Assembly: GCF_004010195.1 (NCBI RefSeq)
Contig: NC_057749.1
Coordinates: 11,513,540-11,577,539, forward strand
Origin: Chiloscyllium plagiosum
Taxonomy: Eukaryota
Reading direction: 5' to 3'
DNA length: 64,000 nucleotides
Shown here: positions 1 to 12,154 of the stretch, one piece after another
Layout of the letters: every line of letters begins with the position of its first letter
Numbering within the stretch: the stretch's first letter is position 1
Notes under the pieces: model-generated
What the model was told of the DNA's origin: nothing
Seen by the model: the letters and a program-made list of their open reading frames with translations, nothing else
Databases searched by the model: none
Made by a program: the position numbers and the translations under genes

Positions 1-250
1 GGGAGTTTGCACATTCTCCCTGTGTCCTCCGGGTGCTCTAGTTTCCTCCCACAGTCCATAGATGTGCAGGTTAGGTGGATTGGCCATGCTAAATTGTCCA
101 TTGTGTCCAGGGAGATACAGGCAAGGTGGGTTGGCCATGGGAAATGCAGGGTTACAGGAATGGGTTGCATCTGGATGGGATGTTGTTAGGAGGGTTGATG
201 TGGACCCAATGGGCTAAATGGCCTCCTTCCACACTGTAGGGATTCTGAGA
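1..250 (+). mobile_element. V-SINE (HE1-like), 5' part cut off by the window edge
   Basis: Core ggagtttgcacattctcc...gatgtgcaggttaggtggattggccatgctaaattg, shared with copies at 37240, 50050 and 60050. Confidence 0.8.
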
Positions 251-1049
251 TTGTTTGCGATCAAAGAATCCCTATAGTTAGCAAAATTTTTATAACAGTC
301 TGGAATCAAACACAGATTCAGTTGCTTGGGAAGCTTAATTTTTACTGTGTTAACTTGCTCTCTTGAGTGATGTCTTCAAATTAGTAGTAATTACTTTAAA
401 ATCCTGTTTATGCAGCATGCTTTTTAATTGGCCTCTAAATGCCCCAGGATGCTGAGTGCTAGTGTAAATCAGTGATGTTTACAATTTTAAATCTCCATGC
501 ATTAATCTGTCTGACTCCACTGATCCATTACATTGATTTTAGTGAGTCACATGAGCCATTCACAAACAAAACAAATGGAGTCTGTCAGCAACATTTGGTG
601 CTGTCTGAGTGGGTGTGTCACGATTAAATCAAACCGTGGAGCTTCTAAATGTCAAAAAGTTAAATTGAAGTAAAAGAAAGATAACTGAAATATGCAGTGT
701 TGATCTTGACCTGCATTGTACAATCATTACATTATTCTAGAACAAAACAAAGCAGTAAATCCTTCATAATAAATACTTTACGAAATATCTTTGAATGTGA
801 TTTACTATATTTTCCTACATTTTGTTCAGTGAAGATGTGGCAGTGATTTTCTCATCTCTTGTGCTATTTGCCAAGCAATTCTAAATTGGGCTCTTCCTAG
901 AAAATAATATGGAAGAACCAGTCCCCTGAACTATTCCTGGTAATGAGGTTGTGGAATGGTTAGCTTCACTGTTCACTGCAGCTGTCTTAGAAAAGATAGA
1001 AATCAAGAGACAAAAGCTTGAAATTCTGTCTAAAATGAATTTTACTTCC

Positions 1050-1280
1050 ATAAGATGATAAATCTTGAGAAATTTCTTCACCCAGAGGGTGGAATTCTCC
1101 AGAGAAAGAAGTTAAGGCCAAAATTGAATGTTTTCAAGGAGTTAGAGAAGTTCTTAGACTGAATGGTATGGGGTGAAACTGGGTACAGGGTCCTGAGTTG
1201 GATGATCAGTCATGATTGTATTGGATGGCAGAGCAGGCTTTAAGGACTAATGGGCCTCCTACTCCTATTTTCTATCTTTG
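1050..1280 (+). mobile_element. CR1-like LINE 3' fragment
   Basis: agaaatttcttcacccagagggtg (RNFFTQRV-type ORF2 end) followed by the 3'UTR ending ggcctcctactcctattttctat. Confidence 0.7.
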
Positions 1281-1315
1281 GGGCTGTTACTTAAGCAGTG
1301 TGACACAGTCTATTG

Positions 1316-1402
1316 CTGTGTGTGTGTCTCTGCCTGTGTGTGTCTCTCTCTCCCTCTCTCTCTCTCGCTCGCGTGCTCTCTCTCGCTCATGCGCTCTCTC
1401 GC
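1316..1402. repeat. Compound (GT)n/(CT)n microsatellite
   Basis: tgtgtgtgtgtctctgcctgtgtgtgtctctctctccctctctctctctcgctc... Confidence 0.85.
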
Positions 1403-1479
1403 TTATGGGCTCTGGCTCTGTCTTTTTCCCATCCACCTACCTCTTATTTTCCTTCCCTCCTCAACAGCCCCCACTTGTA

Positions 1480-1790
1480 CATAGTCATGGAGATGTACAG
1501 CATGGAAACAGGCCCTCAGTGCAACTCCTCCATGCTAACCAGATATCCTAAACTAATCTAGTCCAATTTGCCACCACTTGGCCCATATCCCCCTCAATCC
1601 TTCCTATTCATATCCCCATCCAGATGCCTTTTAAATGTTGCAGTTGTACCAGCCTCCACCACTTCCTCTGGCAGCTCATTCTATACACATACCACCCTTT
1701 GCGTGGAAAAAGTTCCCCCTTAAGTCAGTGTTAAATCTACCCCTTCTCACCCTAAACCTATCCCCTCTTGTTCTGGACTCCCCCACTATT
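1480..1790 (-). mobile_element. CR1-like LINE 3' fragment
   Basis: Tail gtcatggagatgtacagcatggaaacaggccc and antisense ORF2 C-terminus; related copies at 19840, 44905, 47585, 54100 and 59770. Confidence 0.75.
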
Positions 1791-2299
1791 GATTTTAAAC
1801 TTGTCAACTGTTCACCAGATTAATTTGACATTAGCAACCTTCATAGTTCTCTACCTAAGGTTTTACTGAAATGCATAAAGTATATGGAATATGCTTGCTC
1901 CTCAGTCAACAGTTATTGCAAGTTTGGTAAAGAGCATTGCAAGAAATAACTGTCTTTGATTCCGTACAGACGAGTTAGCGTCACAATAGGTGATTCCAAC
2001 AAATACTGACACCTACAGTCCACGTTTATTAAAATATTCTCTTCCAAAGAATGTAAATGATGCTGAGTTAAGCCACAATCCAAGGTGAAGATCTCTGAGC
2101 ATTCTAGACACTGGCATGGAAACTTCTTGGTATTGTAGAGTTGCTTTGTTCTTTCTGTTGCAAATTTTGGTGAAAATTGTACAAAAGTAGAATCTTTAAG
2201 CCATCAACGTTTTAAAATGGGGAAATGAGTTTGCTTCCCAACTTCTTCAAATGGGTGTAATAGGTGATATTTGATTATTTTACCACATTTCTATTGGGG

Positions 2300-2525
2300 G
2301 CACAAAAACAGTTGCTGGAAAAGTCAGCGGGTCTGGCAGCATCTGTGAAGAGAAATCAGAGTTAATGTTTTGGGTCCAGTGACCCTTCAGAATTGGAGGA
2401 AGGGTTGCTCGACCCAAACTTTAATTCTGATTTCTCTCCTCAGATGCTACCAGACCTGGTGAACTTTTCCAGCAATTTCTGTTTTTGTTTCTGATTTACA
2501 GCATTAGTGATTTTTTGGGTTTTTA
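2300..2525. mobile_element. Fold-back PLE 3'-end element (family E), degenerate hammerhead motifs
   Basis: Inverted arms gttgctggaaaagtcagcgggtctggcagcatctg...cagatgctaccagacctggtgaacttttccagcaat; degenerate TSD atttctattgggg/atttcttttgggg. Confidence 0.65.
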
Positions 2526-2659
2526 TTTCTTTTGGGGAGGTTTGCTCTGGCAGACATTTAAGAAAATACTTCATGACTCAAAGCTATATCCCAGTGAAGG
2601 AGCATGATTCTGGGAAGTGGATAAACTGATGGTGGTTAATGGCAGAAGTTAACGATATT

Positions 2660-3840
2660 ATCAAATTGAAAGAAAAAGGGCAAGTAGTGGGTGTAATATA
2701 TTTGGATTTTCGTAAGGTGTTTGATAAGATCAGGCTCTGTAATGTATGAACCCAAGGTGTTGAAGATAATATATTAGCATAGCTAAAGGATTGGCTAACT
2801 AATAGAGAACAGAGTTGGGATAAGGAAGGTATTTCCAGATGGCAACCTTTCACTAGTGGAGTGCCACAGGGATCAGTGCTGGACTACAAGTTTTTACAAT
2901 AAGCATTAATGACTGAGATGAGGAAAGTGAATATACCCATCACCAAGTTTGTAGCTGACAGAAAAATAGGTGGCAGAACTTGTGGTAAGGATGACACGAG
3001 GTGTCTGCAGAGAGATATGGACAGGTTAAATAAGTGAGTGAAGTCTTGGCAGATGGAATATTAGGCGGAGAATAGTGAGGTCATCCAGGAAGAGCAGAGG
3101 TGCTGCATATTAAGTGGAGAAAGATTGTAGAAAGCTACAGCACAGAAGGTTTGGAAGAACTAGTCCATGAATCTCAAATATCTAGCAGCCAAGTTCACAG
3201 GGTAATAGGGAAGGTAAATGGAATGTTTGCCTTTTTGTCAGAGGGAATTGAGTATAAAAGTAGAGAGGCTTTGCTAAAACTGAGAGCGAGGACTGCAGAT
3301 GCTGCAGTACCATAGTTGAAAAATGTGGTGCTGGAAAAACACAGCAGGCCAGGCAGCATCCGAGGAGCAGGAGAATTGACATTTCCCTGAAGAAGGGCTT
3401 ATGCCCGAAACGTTGATTCTCCTGCTCCTCGGATGCTGCCTGGCCTGTGTTTTTCCAGCACCACATTTTTCAACTTTGCTAAAACTATATAAGGCACTTG
3501 GCGGACCACAGCAAGAGTATGGTGAACTGTTCTGAGTCCCTTTTTTCAGGGCAGATATGCTGGATTGGCAGAAGTTCAGAGAAGTTTCAGGAGACTGACA
3601 TGGTATGAAAGGACTGTCTTATGGAGAGAGGTTGAACAAGGTCTGTACTCATTGGAATTTAGAAGAATGAGAGATGACCTTATTGTAGCAAAATTCTTAT
3701 GCTAGTTGACAGGGTAGATGTGGAGACCTCATTTCTTCTTGTGGAAGTGTCTAGGACCAGACCACATCTCAAAATAAGGCGTTCAAAGACAAAAGTTAGG
3801 AGGAATCTGTGGAATTCTTTAACACATAGGGTGGTTGAAG
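2660..3840 (+). mobile_element. CR1-like LINE ORF2 (RT) fragment, interrupted by PLE insertions; its 3' end resumes at approx. 6410-6590
   Basis: Encodes decayed YLDFRKVFDK and SGVPQGSVLG motifs. Confidence 0.8.
3282..3474. mobile_element. Fold-back PLE 3'-end element (family A) with 12-bp TSD tttgctaaaact
   Basis: TSD at 3270-3281 and 3475-3486; inverted arms gttgaaaaatgtggtgctggaaaa / ttttccagcaccacatttttcaac; hammerhead core at 3387-3414. Confidence 0.85.
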
Positions 3841-3842
3841 CT

Positions 3843-6408
3843 AGGAGAAAGTGAGGACTGCAGATGCTGGAGATCAGTCAGTGTGGCAGTGTGGAAAAGC
3901 ACAGCAGTTCAGGCAGCATCTGAGGAGCAGGAGAATCAACATTTCGGGCATAAGCCCTTCAACAGGAATGAGGGGAGTGGTGAAGGGGGCGGAGAGATAA
4001 ATAGGGGGTTGGGCTTGGGGGAAGGCGATTGGTAGATGGCAGGGCTGATAGTGATAGGGTGGAGTGAATAGTTGGAAAGGAAGGTGGACATGTAAGACAG
4101 TTCAAGAGACAGTGTTGAGTTGTTAGGCCGTATCTGGGATAAGGTGGGTAGGGGAAATGAGGAAACTGGTGAAATCGATTGTTGATGCCGTGTGGTTGGA
4201 GGGTCCCAATGTGGAAGATGAGGCATTCTTCCTCCACTCGTCGGGTGGCTTGGATTTGGCAGTGGAGGAGGCCCAGGACTTGCATGTCCTTGGCAGGGTG
4301 GGAGGGGGAGTTGAAGTGATCAGCCACAGCCCAGTGGGGTTTTTTAGTTTGTGTGTCCCAGAGATGTTCCCTGAAGCATTCCACGAGTTGGTGTTCTGTC
4401 TCCTCAATGTAGAGGAGACCACATCAAGAGCAGCAGACACTGTAGATGAGGTGTTTGGATGTGCAGGAAAATGCGTGGGTGCCTTGGACGGAGGTGATAG
4501 CGGTGGGGTAGGTGCAGGTTTTACACCTTTTGCAGCAGAATGGGAAGGTGCTGGGAATGGAGGGTGGGTTTGTGGGGGGTGTGGACCTAATGAGGGAGTC
4601 GTGGAGAGGATGGTCTCTCTGGAATGTTGATAAGGGAGAGAAATATATCCCTGGTTGTGGGGTCTGATTGGAGGTTGCAGAAATGGCAGAGGATAATCCG
4701 CTGTATCTGGAATTAGTGGGGTGGAAGCTGAAGAATAGGAGAGCAGGTGGTGGTTTCTATCTTTGTTGCATTTGGAGGGGAAAGTGTGCAAAGTGGAAGA
4801 GGTGAGCAGCTGGATGGCATTATTGACCACATGGGAGGGGAAATTGTGGTCCTCGAAATAGGAGGCCATCTGGCATTTCCTAGAGTGGAATTGCTCCTGG
4901 GAGCAGACATGGAGTTGGAGGAATTGGAAGAATTGGAAGTAAGGGATAGCATTTTTACAGGAGAGGGGTGAGAGGAGATGTAGTCCAGGTAGCTGTGGGA
5001 GTTGGTGGGTTTGAAGTAGATTTGTGTTGAGACTGTCGATGGAGACAGAGGGGTCCAGGAAGGGGAGAGTGGTGTCCAAGATGGTTCAGGTGAACTTGAG
5101 GTCAGGGTGGAAGGTGTTCGTGAAGTTAATGAACTGTTCAACCTCCTTGTGGGAGCATGAGATGGCACCGATACAGTCATCACTGTAGTGGAGGAAAAGG
5201 TGGGGAATGGTGGCAGTGCAACTGCGAAAGATGGGTTGTTCCACGTATCTGATGAAGAGGCAGGCATAGCTGGAGCCCATGCAGGTGCCCCTTTGGTCTG
5301 ATGGAAGTGGGAGGTTTCTAAGGAGAAATTGTTCAAGGTGAGGACCATTCCGCCAACTGAATGAGTGTCGGTGAAAGGGTACTAGTTGGGTCAGCGGGAG
5401 AGGAACAAACTGAGGGCTTGGAGACCTTCGCTATGGTGGATGGATGTGTACAGGGACTGGCTGTCCATGGTGAAGATGAGGCATTGGGGGCCAGGGAAAT
5501 CAAAGTCATGGAGGAGATAGAAGGTGTGGGTGGTGTCCCAAATGTAATGGGGAGTCCCTGGATCAAGGGGGATAGGACAGTGTCCTGATATGAGAAGATA
5601 GGTGTCTTGATATGATAAGGTGGGGCAGGAGCATGCAGAGAAGATGGGTCAAACTGGGCAGTGAAGTTTGAATTTTGGGTAAGAGGTAGAGCTGGGCAGT
5701 GTGGGGTTCTGGGACTATGAGGTTGGAGGTTGTGGATGGGAGATCCCCTGAGATGATGAGGTTGTGGATGGTCTGGGAGATGATTTGGTGATGGGAGGTG
5801 AAGTCGTGGTCAAGGGGACAGTATGAGGAGGTATCAGTGAGTTGGTGCCTGGGTTCAGCAGTGTAGAGGTTGGTGAGCCAAACTATGACTACATCCCCCT
5901 TGTTCTCTGGTTTAATGGGGAGGTTGAGTTTGGAGCGGAGTGCTGCGCTTTGTGAGGGAGAGAGGTTGGAGCGGGTGATTTGGGTAGATAGGTTGAAGTG
6001 GTCAATGTCACAGTGGCAGTTGAAGATAGAGGTTGAGGGCAGGTAACAGACTAGCATAGGGTGTCCAAGTGGAATGGGGTATGTTGGAGGTGGGAGAAGA
6101 GGTCCTCGGAGGGTGGGTGAGAATCCTGATGGAAAAAGTAAGTCTGGTGATGGTAGAAGAAAGATTTGATGTCCCAACGCACGTTGAATTCATTGATCTG
6201 GGAGCATAGTTGGATGCAGGTGAGACCTTTTTACTCAGGACGGAGCAGTCATCCTCCATGTGGAGGTGGTCTGGGGGATGGTAAAAGCTCAGCATGGCTG
6301 GGAATGTGGCTGTGGTCAGTGTCATTGGTGAATGTCACCAAAGGAAGTGACGTAAACCATGGTGGTTGGGGTGGGGGGTGGTGGAAGCGACGTTCCATGT
6401 GATGTCAC
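3843..6408 (-). mobile_element. Penelope-like retroelement, near full length, frameshifted (RT + GIY-YIG endonuclease)
   Basis: Minus-strand fragments LYLLPKI, MGSSYACLF...YSDD (RT) and FREHL...VADHFNSPSH...LIFHIGTLQPHGIN (GIY-YIG C-terminus); 3' end matches family A hairpin arms; inserted in a CR1. Confidence 0.85.
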
Positions 6409-7063
6409 TTGAAGTGAGGTCATTAAATGGCTGATATAGACAGATTCTTAATTAGTAAAGGAATTGAGAGTAATAAGGAAAAGGCAGGAAAATGGTGTTG
6501 AGGGTCATCAAGTAATTAGATCTCATTAAATGATAGCAGACTTGATGGGCTGATTGGCCTTAGAATGCTTCCATGTCTTATGATCTGAAATGAATGTTCT
6601 GTCGCCAGGTTTGCAGGTGGCATGAGTTTACAGAGAAATACAGGGCAAAATCTTAGAAGGTGAAACATAAGATCAGAAGATATGAAGTTGTGCCCTTTGA
6701 CAAGAGGAATAAAGGAGCTGATTTTTTTTTAAATGGAAGAAAGATTAAAGAAAAGTATGATGCAGAGGGATTTAGATGCTCTTGATCATGAAATGGGAGC
6801 AGGAGGAGGCCATTCGGCTTCTTGAGCTTGTTTTGCATTCAATAGGATTATGGTTGATCTGACTTTGCTCACGTATAGTTTCCTGTGCTTTCTCTGTTAC
6901 CCTTGATTTCCCCTACTGATCAAGAATCTATTTATCTTGGCCTTAAATTCATGCAAGGACTCTGTCCTCACAGCATTCTGCAGAAAGGAGTCCCAAAGAT
7001 TCTCAACCTTCTGAGAAGAAATTCCTTTTCATCTCAGTCTTAAATTGGCACTCCTTTATTCTG

Positions 7064-7327
7064 GAGCAAAGGAGAAAGTGAGGATAGAGATGTACAGCAT
7101 GTAAACGGACCCTTCGGTCCAACTCGTCCATGCTGACCAGATGCTGGAGGTAAGAGTCAAAAAGTGTGGTGTTAGAAAAACAAGCCGATCAGGCAGCATC
7201 CGAGGAGCAAGATAGTTGACATTTTGAGCATAAGCTTTCATTCCTGATGAAGAGCTTATCCTCGAAACGTCGATTCTCCTCGAATGCTTCCTGACTGGCT
7301 GTGCTTTTCCAGCACCACACTTTTTGA
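7064..7327. mobile_element. Fold-back PLE element (family A) with 13-bp TSD ctcctttattctg and a nested CR1 tail
   Basis: TSD at 7051-7063 and 7328-7340; inverted arms; hammerhead core at 7244-7271; host is an antisense CR1 3' end (approx. 6790-7400). Confidence 0.85.
7240..7275 (+). ncRNA. Minimal type I hammerhead ribozyme motif
   Basis: CTGATGA-a-gag-cttatc-ctc-GAAA-CGTC: conserved core, stem II and GUC cleavage triplet. Confidence 0.7.
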
Positions 7328-9177
7328 CTCCTTTATTCTGAGACAGTAGAGCTGAAGATTATCAGATCTGCCAAGATCCCATTGAATTTCTAAGTAGATT
7401 TGGTGGACCAAATAACCTAAAAGATAGTTAGAAAATTTCTCTAGGTGTGGCCCCAGAAAAACTGTATTCAAAAATCTAAGTAAACATCAAATGGCTGCCT
7501 AAAAGTCACTAATGAATCATTGTAAAATTTATAAGTTCAATCTTGGTGATGGATAGAACTGACATTGAATTATCAGTGATTGCTGTGCTATGAGTGCCTT
7601 GCTGCCACAAGCCAACTGGCCATGTACCTTCTCTGATGTTTTATGGTTATAACCCAAAAAGTGAAGAGGATCATATTTTCATGATAATACAAGGCTTTAA
7701 TTTTTTAAAAAGTCTGTATTAGGCCTAGAATTGGTAAAGGTTTCTCCCTTTCTCACCCACTGGAAAAGTTATGTTCATGACATTTTTAGCAAAATATAAT
7801 GGTAGCTTGCTGAAATGTACCTGCAATGTCCTGTTCAGCTGTGGATGAAAGACATCAAAAGATTCATTATAGATACTTCCCTTGATACATGGATCAAGTG
7901 TTTTGTCAAGATCTTCTGAGCTATGTACGCACTTGATTGAAATGCAAACGATGGGGACAATTTCGGGTGATTAAATTGCCACTAAAGATTAAGATGTACT
8001 GATTTAAGTAAATATTGGAAATATAAATATAGCTCTTAAAGTTCACTGAAGACACAAGTATCTAATTTTGACTTGATGTCTGCAATAGAAAATTGATGCA
8101 TTAAAATTTTTAATGCATACAGATTTAATTGTAGTATTTTGAACCCTTTATACAAAGCACTCCTCCTGCTTTGAAATTGCTTTGGTTATGTTTCACATTT
8201 GTGGCACTGGATAAATGCAAGTTACTGTAGGCTCTGTGGATAAATATAGACTGATAGACTGTGGTGCTAAGCCATACAGACCAGGAATGTCTGAGTTTCG
8301 TTGTGTGGTCTGTGCTGAGCTGGCTGATGTTGACTGCAGCAGGGAGGGAGAAAGTTCTAATTAGCTTCATCACCTCAGGGAGAGAAATCAGCAAGTTTTC
8401 CTGTCCTCAGTACTGTGCAGCAATCCCTCCTAAGCACTTAATTGCCTCTATACAGTACTTTTAACATTCTAAGAAATTTAAAGTTGGAGGGAGTAATAGA
8501 ATTGCAGAAATGAGCACCTGTAGTCTTCTATTTGAAGATAATTAAGGCTGATTTAGGACTTAATGTTGGTGAGATTGAGAGGAGTGATTGACTGTATGCC
8601 TGTGGGTAGCTAGTAAGCTATTACTGACCAAAGAGGTGGCAGCATAACTGAGGTTGGGGAAGGGAATAGACACCGGATGTTGGGAAGCAGCAAAGAGAAC
8701 CCTGGGTATTGGGGAGGCAGGGGACTCCAGGTGTTGGGGAGAAAATGGATTCCAGGTGTCGGAAGTGGGGGATTGGATTCTGGCTGTGGGGGAGATGGAG
8801 GAAAGGAATGGATTTTGGTGTTTTGTCATGGGGAATGGGTTGGGTGGTGGAATGGACTGTAGTGCAGCCCCTCAATGTTCAATGGAAAATTTCCTTTGTT
8901 TTGGGAGGAATGTACAGACTACAGAAGTGGGTGGGGTAACTGTCTCCATGTGATGGGGAGGGTGGTATTAGGGAGGAGTGGATGTAGTCTTCAGGTATTA
9001 TGGGGTGTGGTGGATGAGAATGGTCACAGATGTTTGGTTGTCAAAGACCAGGCTCATTTCAGATTTGGTCTGGGACTTAAAGACTGAATATTGCGTCAGC
9101 AGGTGGACAAGTTGCAGATGCTGGAAAGGAAATTTCTGTATGAGGTGTGAGGAGGAGTTGAGGGTTGTGCGCAGATG

Positions 9178-9372
9178 GGAGAATGTGTTGTTGAAAAAGC
9201 ATAGCAGGTCAGGCAGCATCCGAGGAGCAGGGGAATCAACGTTTCGGGCGGGAGCCCTTCAAACAAACTGAAACGTTGATTCTCCTGCTCCTTGGATGCT
9301 GCCTGACCTGTTGTACGTTTCCAACAACACACTCGACTGTGTTCTCCAGCATCTGCCGACCTCACTTTCTCC
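9178..9372. mobile_element. Fold-back PLE element (family A)
   Basis: Inverted arms; long tail ctccagcatctgccgacctcactttctcc on the right; degenerate TSD ttgtgcgcagatg/ttgtgttcagatg. Confidence 0.75.
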
Positions 9373-9703
9373 TTGTGTTCAGATGCAGAATATTGAGACG
9401 GGGCCTATGAACTTAGTATTGTGGGAGAGTGATGGTAGCTTTTGGGGCTAGACATACTCTAGCTTTTATGTTATCTGTCAACTGTTATTGCAACCTCTGG
9501 AGCAGGTGGCACCTAAACCCAGGGGTGGGATCCAACCACTATGCTGTAAGAACCCTCGCACTTTAGTTTTTAGGTTTGAGGGCAGACGGTTGCTGAGTTT
9601 CAGCTTTGGAGTGTGTGCTCCAAAGTGTTGAGTTTAGAGGAAAATAAGAATTGCAGTTGAGTTTGAATAATGCTGAATAGATTGAGCTGAAAAAAAATAT
9701 AAG

Positions 9704-9910
9704 AAATAGACAGGCAGGAGGCTGGAAGAACACAGCAGGCCAGACCGCATCAGGGGTGGAAAAGTCGATGTTTCGGGTGTAACCCTTCTTCAGGATTACT
9801 TATGCCCAAAATGTCGACTTCTTTATCTGATGCTGCCTGACTTGCTGTGTTCTTTCAGCCTCCTGTCTGTCTATTTTGGATTGCAGCATCTGTAGTTTTT
9901 TTTTGCCTCA
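9704..9910. mobile_element. Fold-back PLE element (family A-related) with a minus-strand hammerhead core
   Basis: aaatagacaggcaggaggctggaagaacacagc...gctgtgttctttcagcctcctgtctgtctattt; reverse complement of 9765-9795 reads CTGAAGA-agggttacaccc-GAAACATC. Confidence 0.75.
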
Positions 9911-12097
9911 AAAGTAAAATAAGAGCAGAGTAACAATCCGAAGACTTGCATCCTGATTAAACACCACAAAACTATAATGAACAGTGTTTTAGATGGGGCG
10001 GCCAGTCCTAGATGTGGAAAAGAGATAGTAGATCTGAATGTGTCGAGGCATTTGAAAGGGGAAATTTGCAGCCATCCTTTTAAGCACTGGTCTGTAAACA
10101 GAAGGTCGTGTGGCACAGAGGCAGTGACCCTACTTCTGAACGAGGGTTTAAGTTCCACCTGTTCTGAACCTAGGTTAATTTGAAATTTTTTTTAAAAAGC
10201 ATAAAATAAAAATGGTCCTTACATGGGATTACAGCATTATTATTCTGTTCTTTTACACTCTTCTTTTTAAAATTCTAATTATATTTTAAATTAATTAAGA
10301 TTTTCCCTGACAGATTTCTTTTATTACTGTTGATGTTAGACTCTTCCATTTGGTACGATTTTCTATATTTGAGTGCTATGTTCGATATATGTAATCCACT
10401 GGAGATTCTGTTCAGCATAAACTTGTTTAAATATGCAACATACCTGGTTCAATTAATGTTGAGGCAATGCATTAATGTTCATATCTAATCTTTTGAAAAG
10501 CTAAGTGTAGCTATGGTTGTGAAAATGAAGGATTTCATGTGTATTAAAACGTGTTGTCCATCTTTCAAAATTTCTAATAATTGTAAGCTGTTAATCTCGT
10601 CACTAAAACCTAGCTCCAATAAAGACATGTTTGATTGAGGGAGGCCACATCAAGTGATGCTGTTGAGATGCTTTCATTCAGATGTTCTCATGGCTTAAGA
10701 GTATAGCTTGTTCAAACTGACTGGCTCCATCACCTGCTGCACCAGTGCCAGATTCTGTCCCTGTTAGTCCTGCCTTGTGTGTATCAGTAACGTTTAAAAC
10801 ATTTTATCAAATGTCTCCTGCTCAATACTGTTAGTTCTGGAACAAATCTGTGTATTGGAATATGCAATCTTGCACCAACGTTGTTTGAACAAAGCTTTGT
10901 GTTCTGTATTGATGAAAGACTGACTATACTCTTTGGTCATCTTTGTGAAATTAGAAAGCCTCCTATGAAATTGATCTATTAATTATGATTAAGCCACTTT
11001 CCAGTTTGTAGGAAATCATGGAGCTGAGAGTTTAAAAAGAAGCATGTTAAATAAAATCATATTTGATTTGATATGTATGTTTGGTACATTTAGTTTTTTA
11101 TATCTCGTGGTATTGGGTGGTTGTAACTTTCTTGATAAACTAAATTTAATATTTCTTGAGAGTTCTGTGCTACGTGGCTTCAGAAAATATTGTTTTGGAT
11201 TTGTCTATCCCTGTATCAACCACCAATTTATAAAGTGCACAAGAGCATCTTTATTCCTTTCCTGTCTACTTTATCAAGTGTGATCCTGGATTGAGCTTTT
11301 GCACAGAACCTTTCAAAACTGAGATATCACAAAATGCACTTCAATCAAATATTGCTTTTATGGTGAGGGTATGATTGTGAGACATGATCAAGCCAAATCT
11401 GGTGATGAAAGGGTAATCAGTTGTGAATCACGTGTGTTAGCATCTGTGTTCCTTTGGACTTGAGAGTGATGAGTTCAACCATGACAAGGAATGATCAATG
11501 TGGTTCAGGGTTTTACTGGAGCCATGGACATTTAAGTTAGAGATCATGGAATTGAGTGAGCAGTTTAACTAATGCAGAAGTATTGTTTTGAATAGAAATT
11601 CAGAGATTGAGAATTTGAAGTTTGAAATGTTTTGGTCGGTGACTTGGGAAAGATTTTTATCTGGATGCAGAAGCTTGAAGGTGTTTGAGTTTGAGGAACT
11701 GATCAGAAATTATTGAACCCTGCAAGTTTCTGCACGTTTTTGTGTAGTTTTTGGCAATTTATAATTATTTGGTCACTGGAAACAAAAAATCTGACCCATG
11801 CAATTTGTTGGAAAATGGAAAAGTTAAAAGTATTGAGATTTAAGTGCATTACTTCTGTTAATATGATTTGGTGTTGTGGATCCAGACTGATACACATTTC
11901 CAGTTGTGTGGTGTTTTGTTCCAAAATTCATCGTCGTGTTAGAAGCATTTTTATGGAAAGCATGATGTTTCCGATGAGATTTTTGTAATTACTTGACTTC
12001 TGTAGTTAATGTAGAACTCATTGGAACAAAATTTAAATGATCATTTCATAAAACAATCTCTAAATTCTAAATTTAATTGTACCTCCTTTTCTTGTAG

Positions 12098-12154
12098 ACG
12101 ACAGTTATGGAGGAAACGGTGATCTGGGAACAGCAGACAGTTACACTTCACAGG
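12098..12154 (+). CDS. TJP1: TJP1/ZO-1 coding exon (approx. exon 2): TTVMEETVIWEQQTVTLHR, start of PDZ1
   Basis: Acceptor cttgtag, donor gtgagt; 57 nt; translation matches the ZO-1 N-terminus (MEETxIWEQxTVTLHR). Confidence 0.95.

Noticed and set aside
8500..9170. G-rich stretch with several overlapping ORFs as a gene
   Set aside because: There is no recognisable domain or splice pattern. It is probably an old antisense LINE remnant that I cannot classify.
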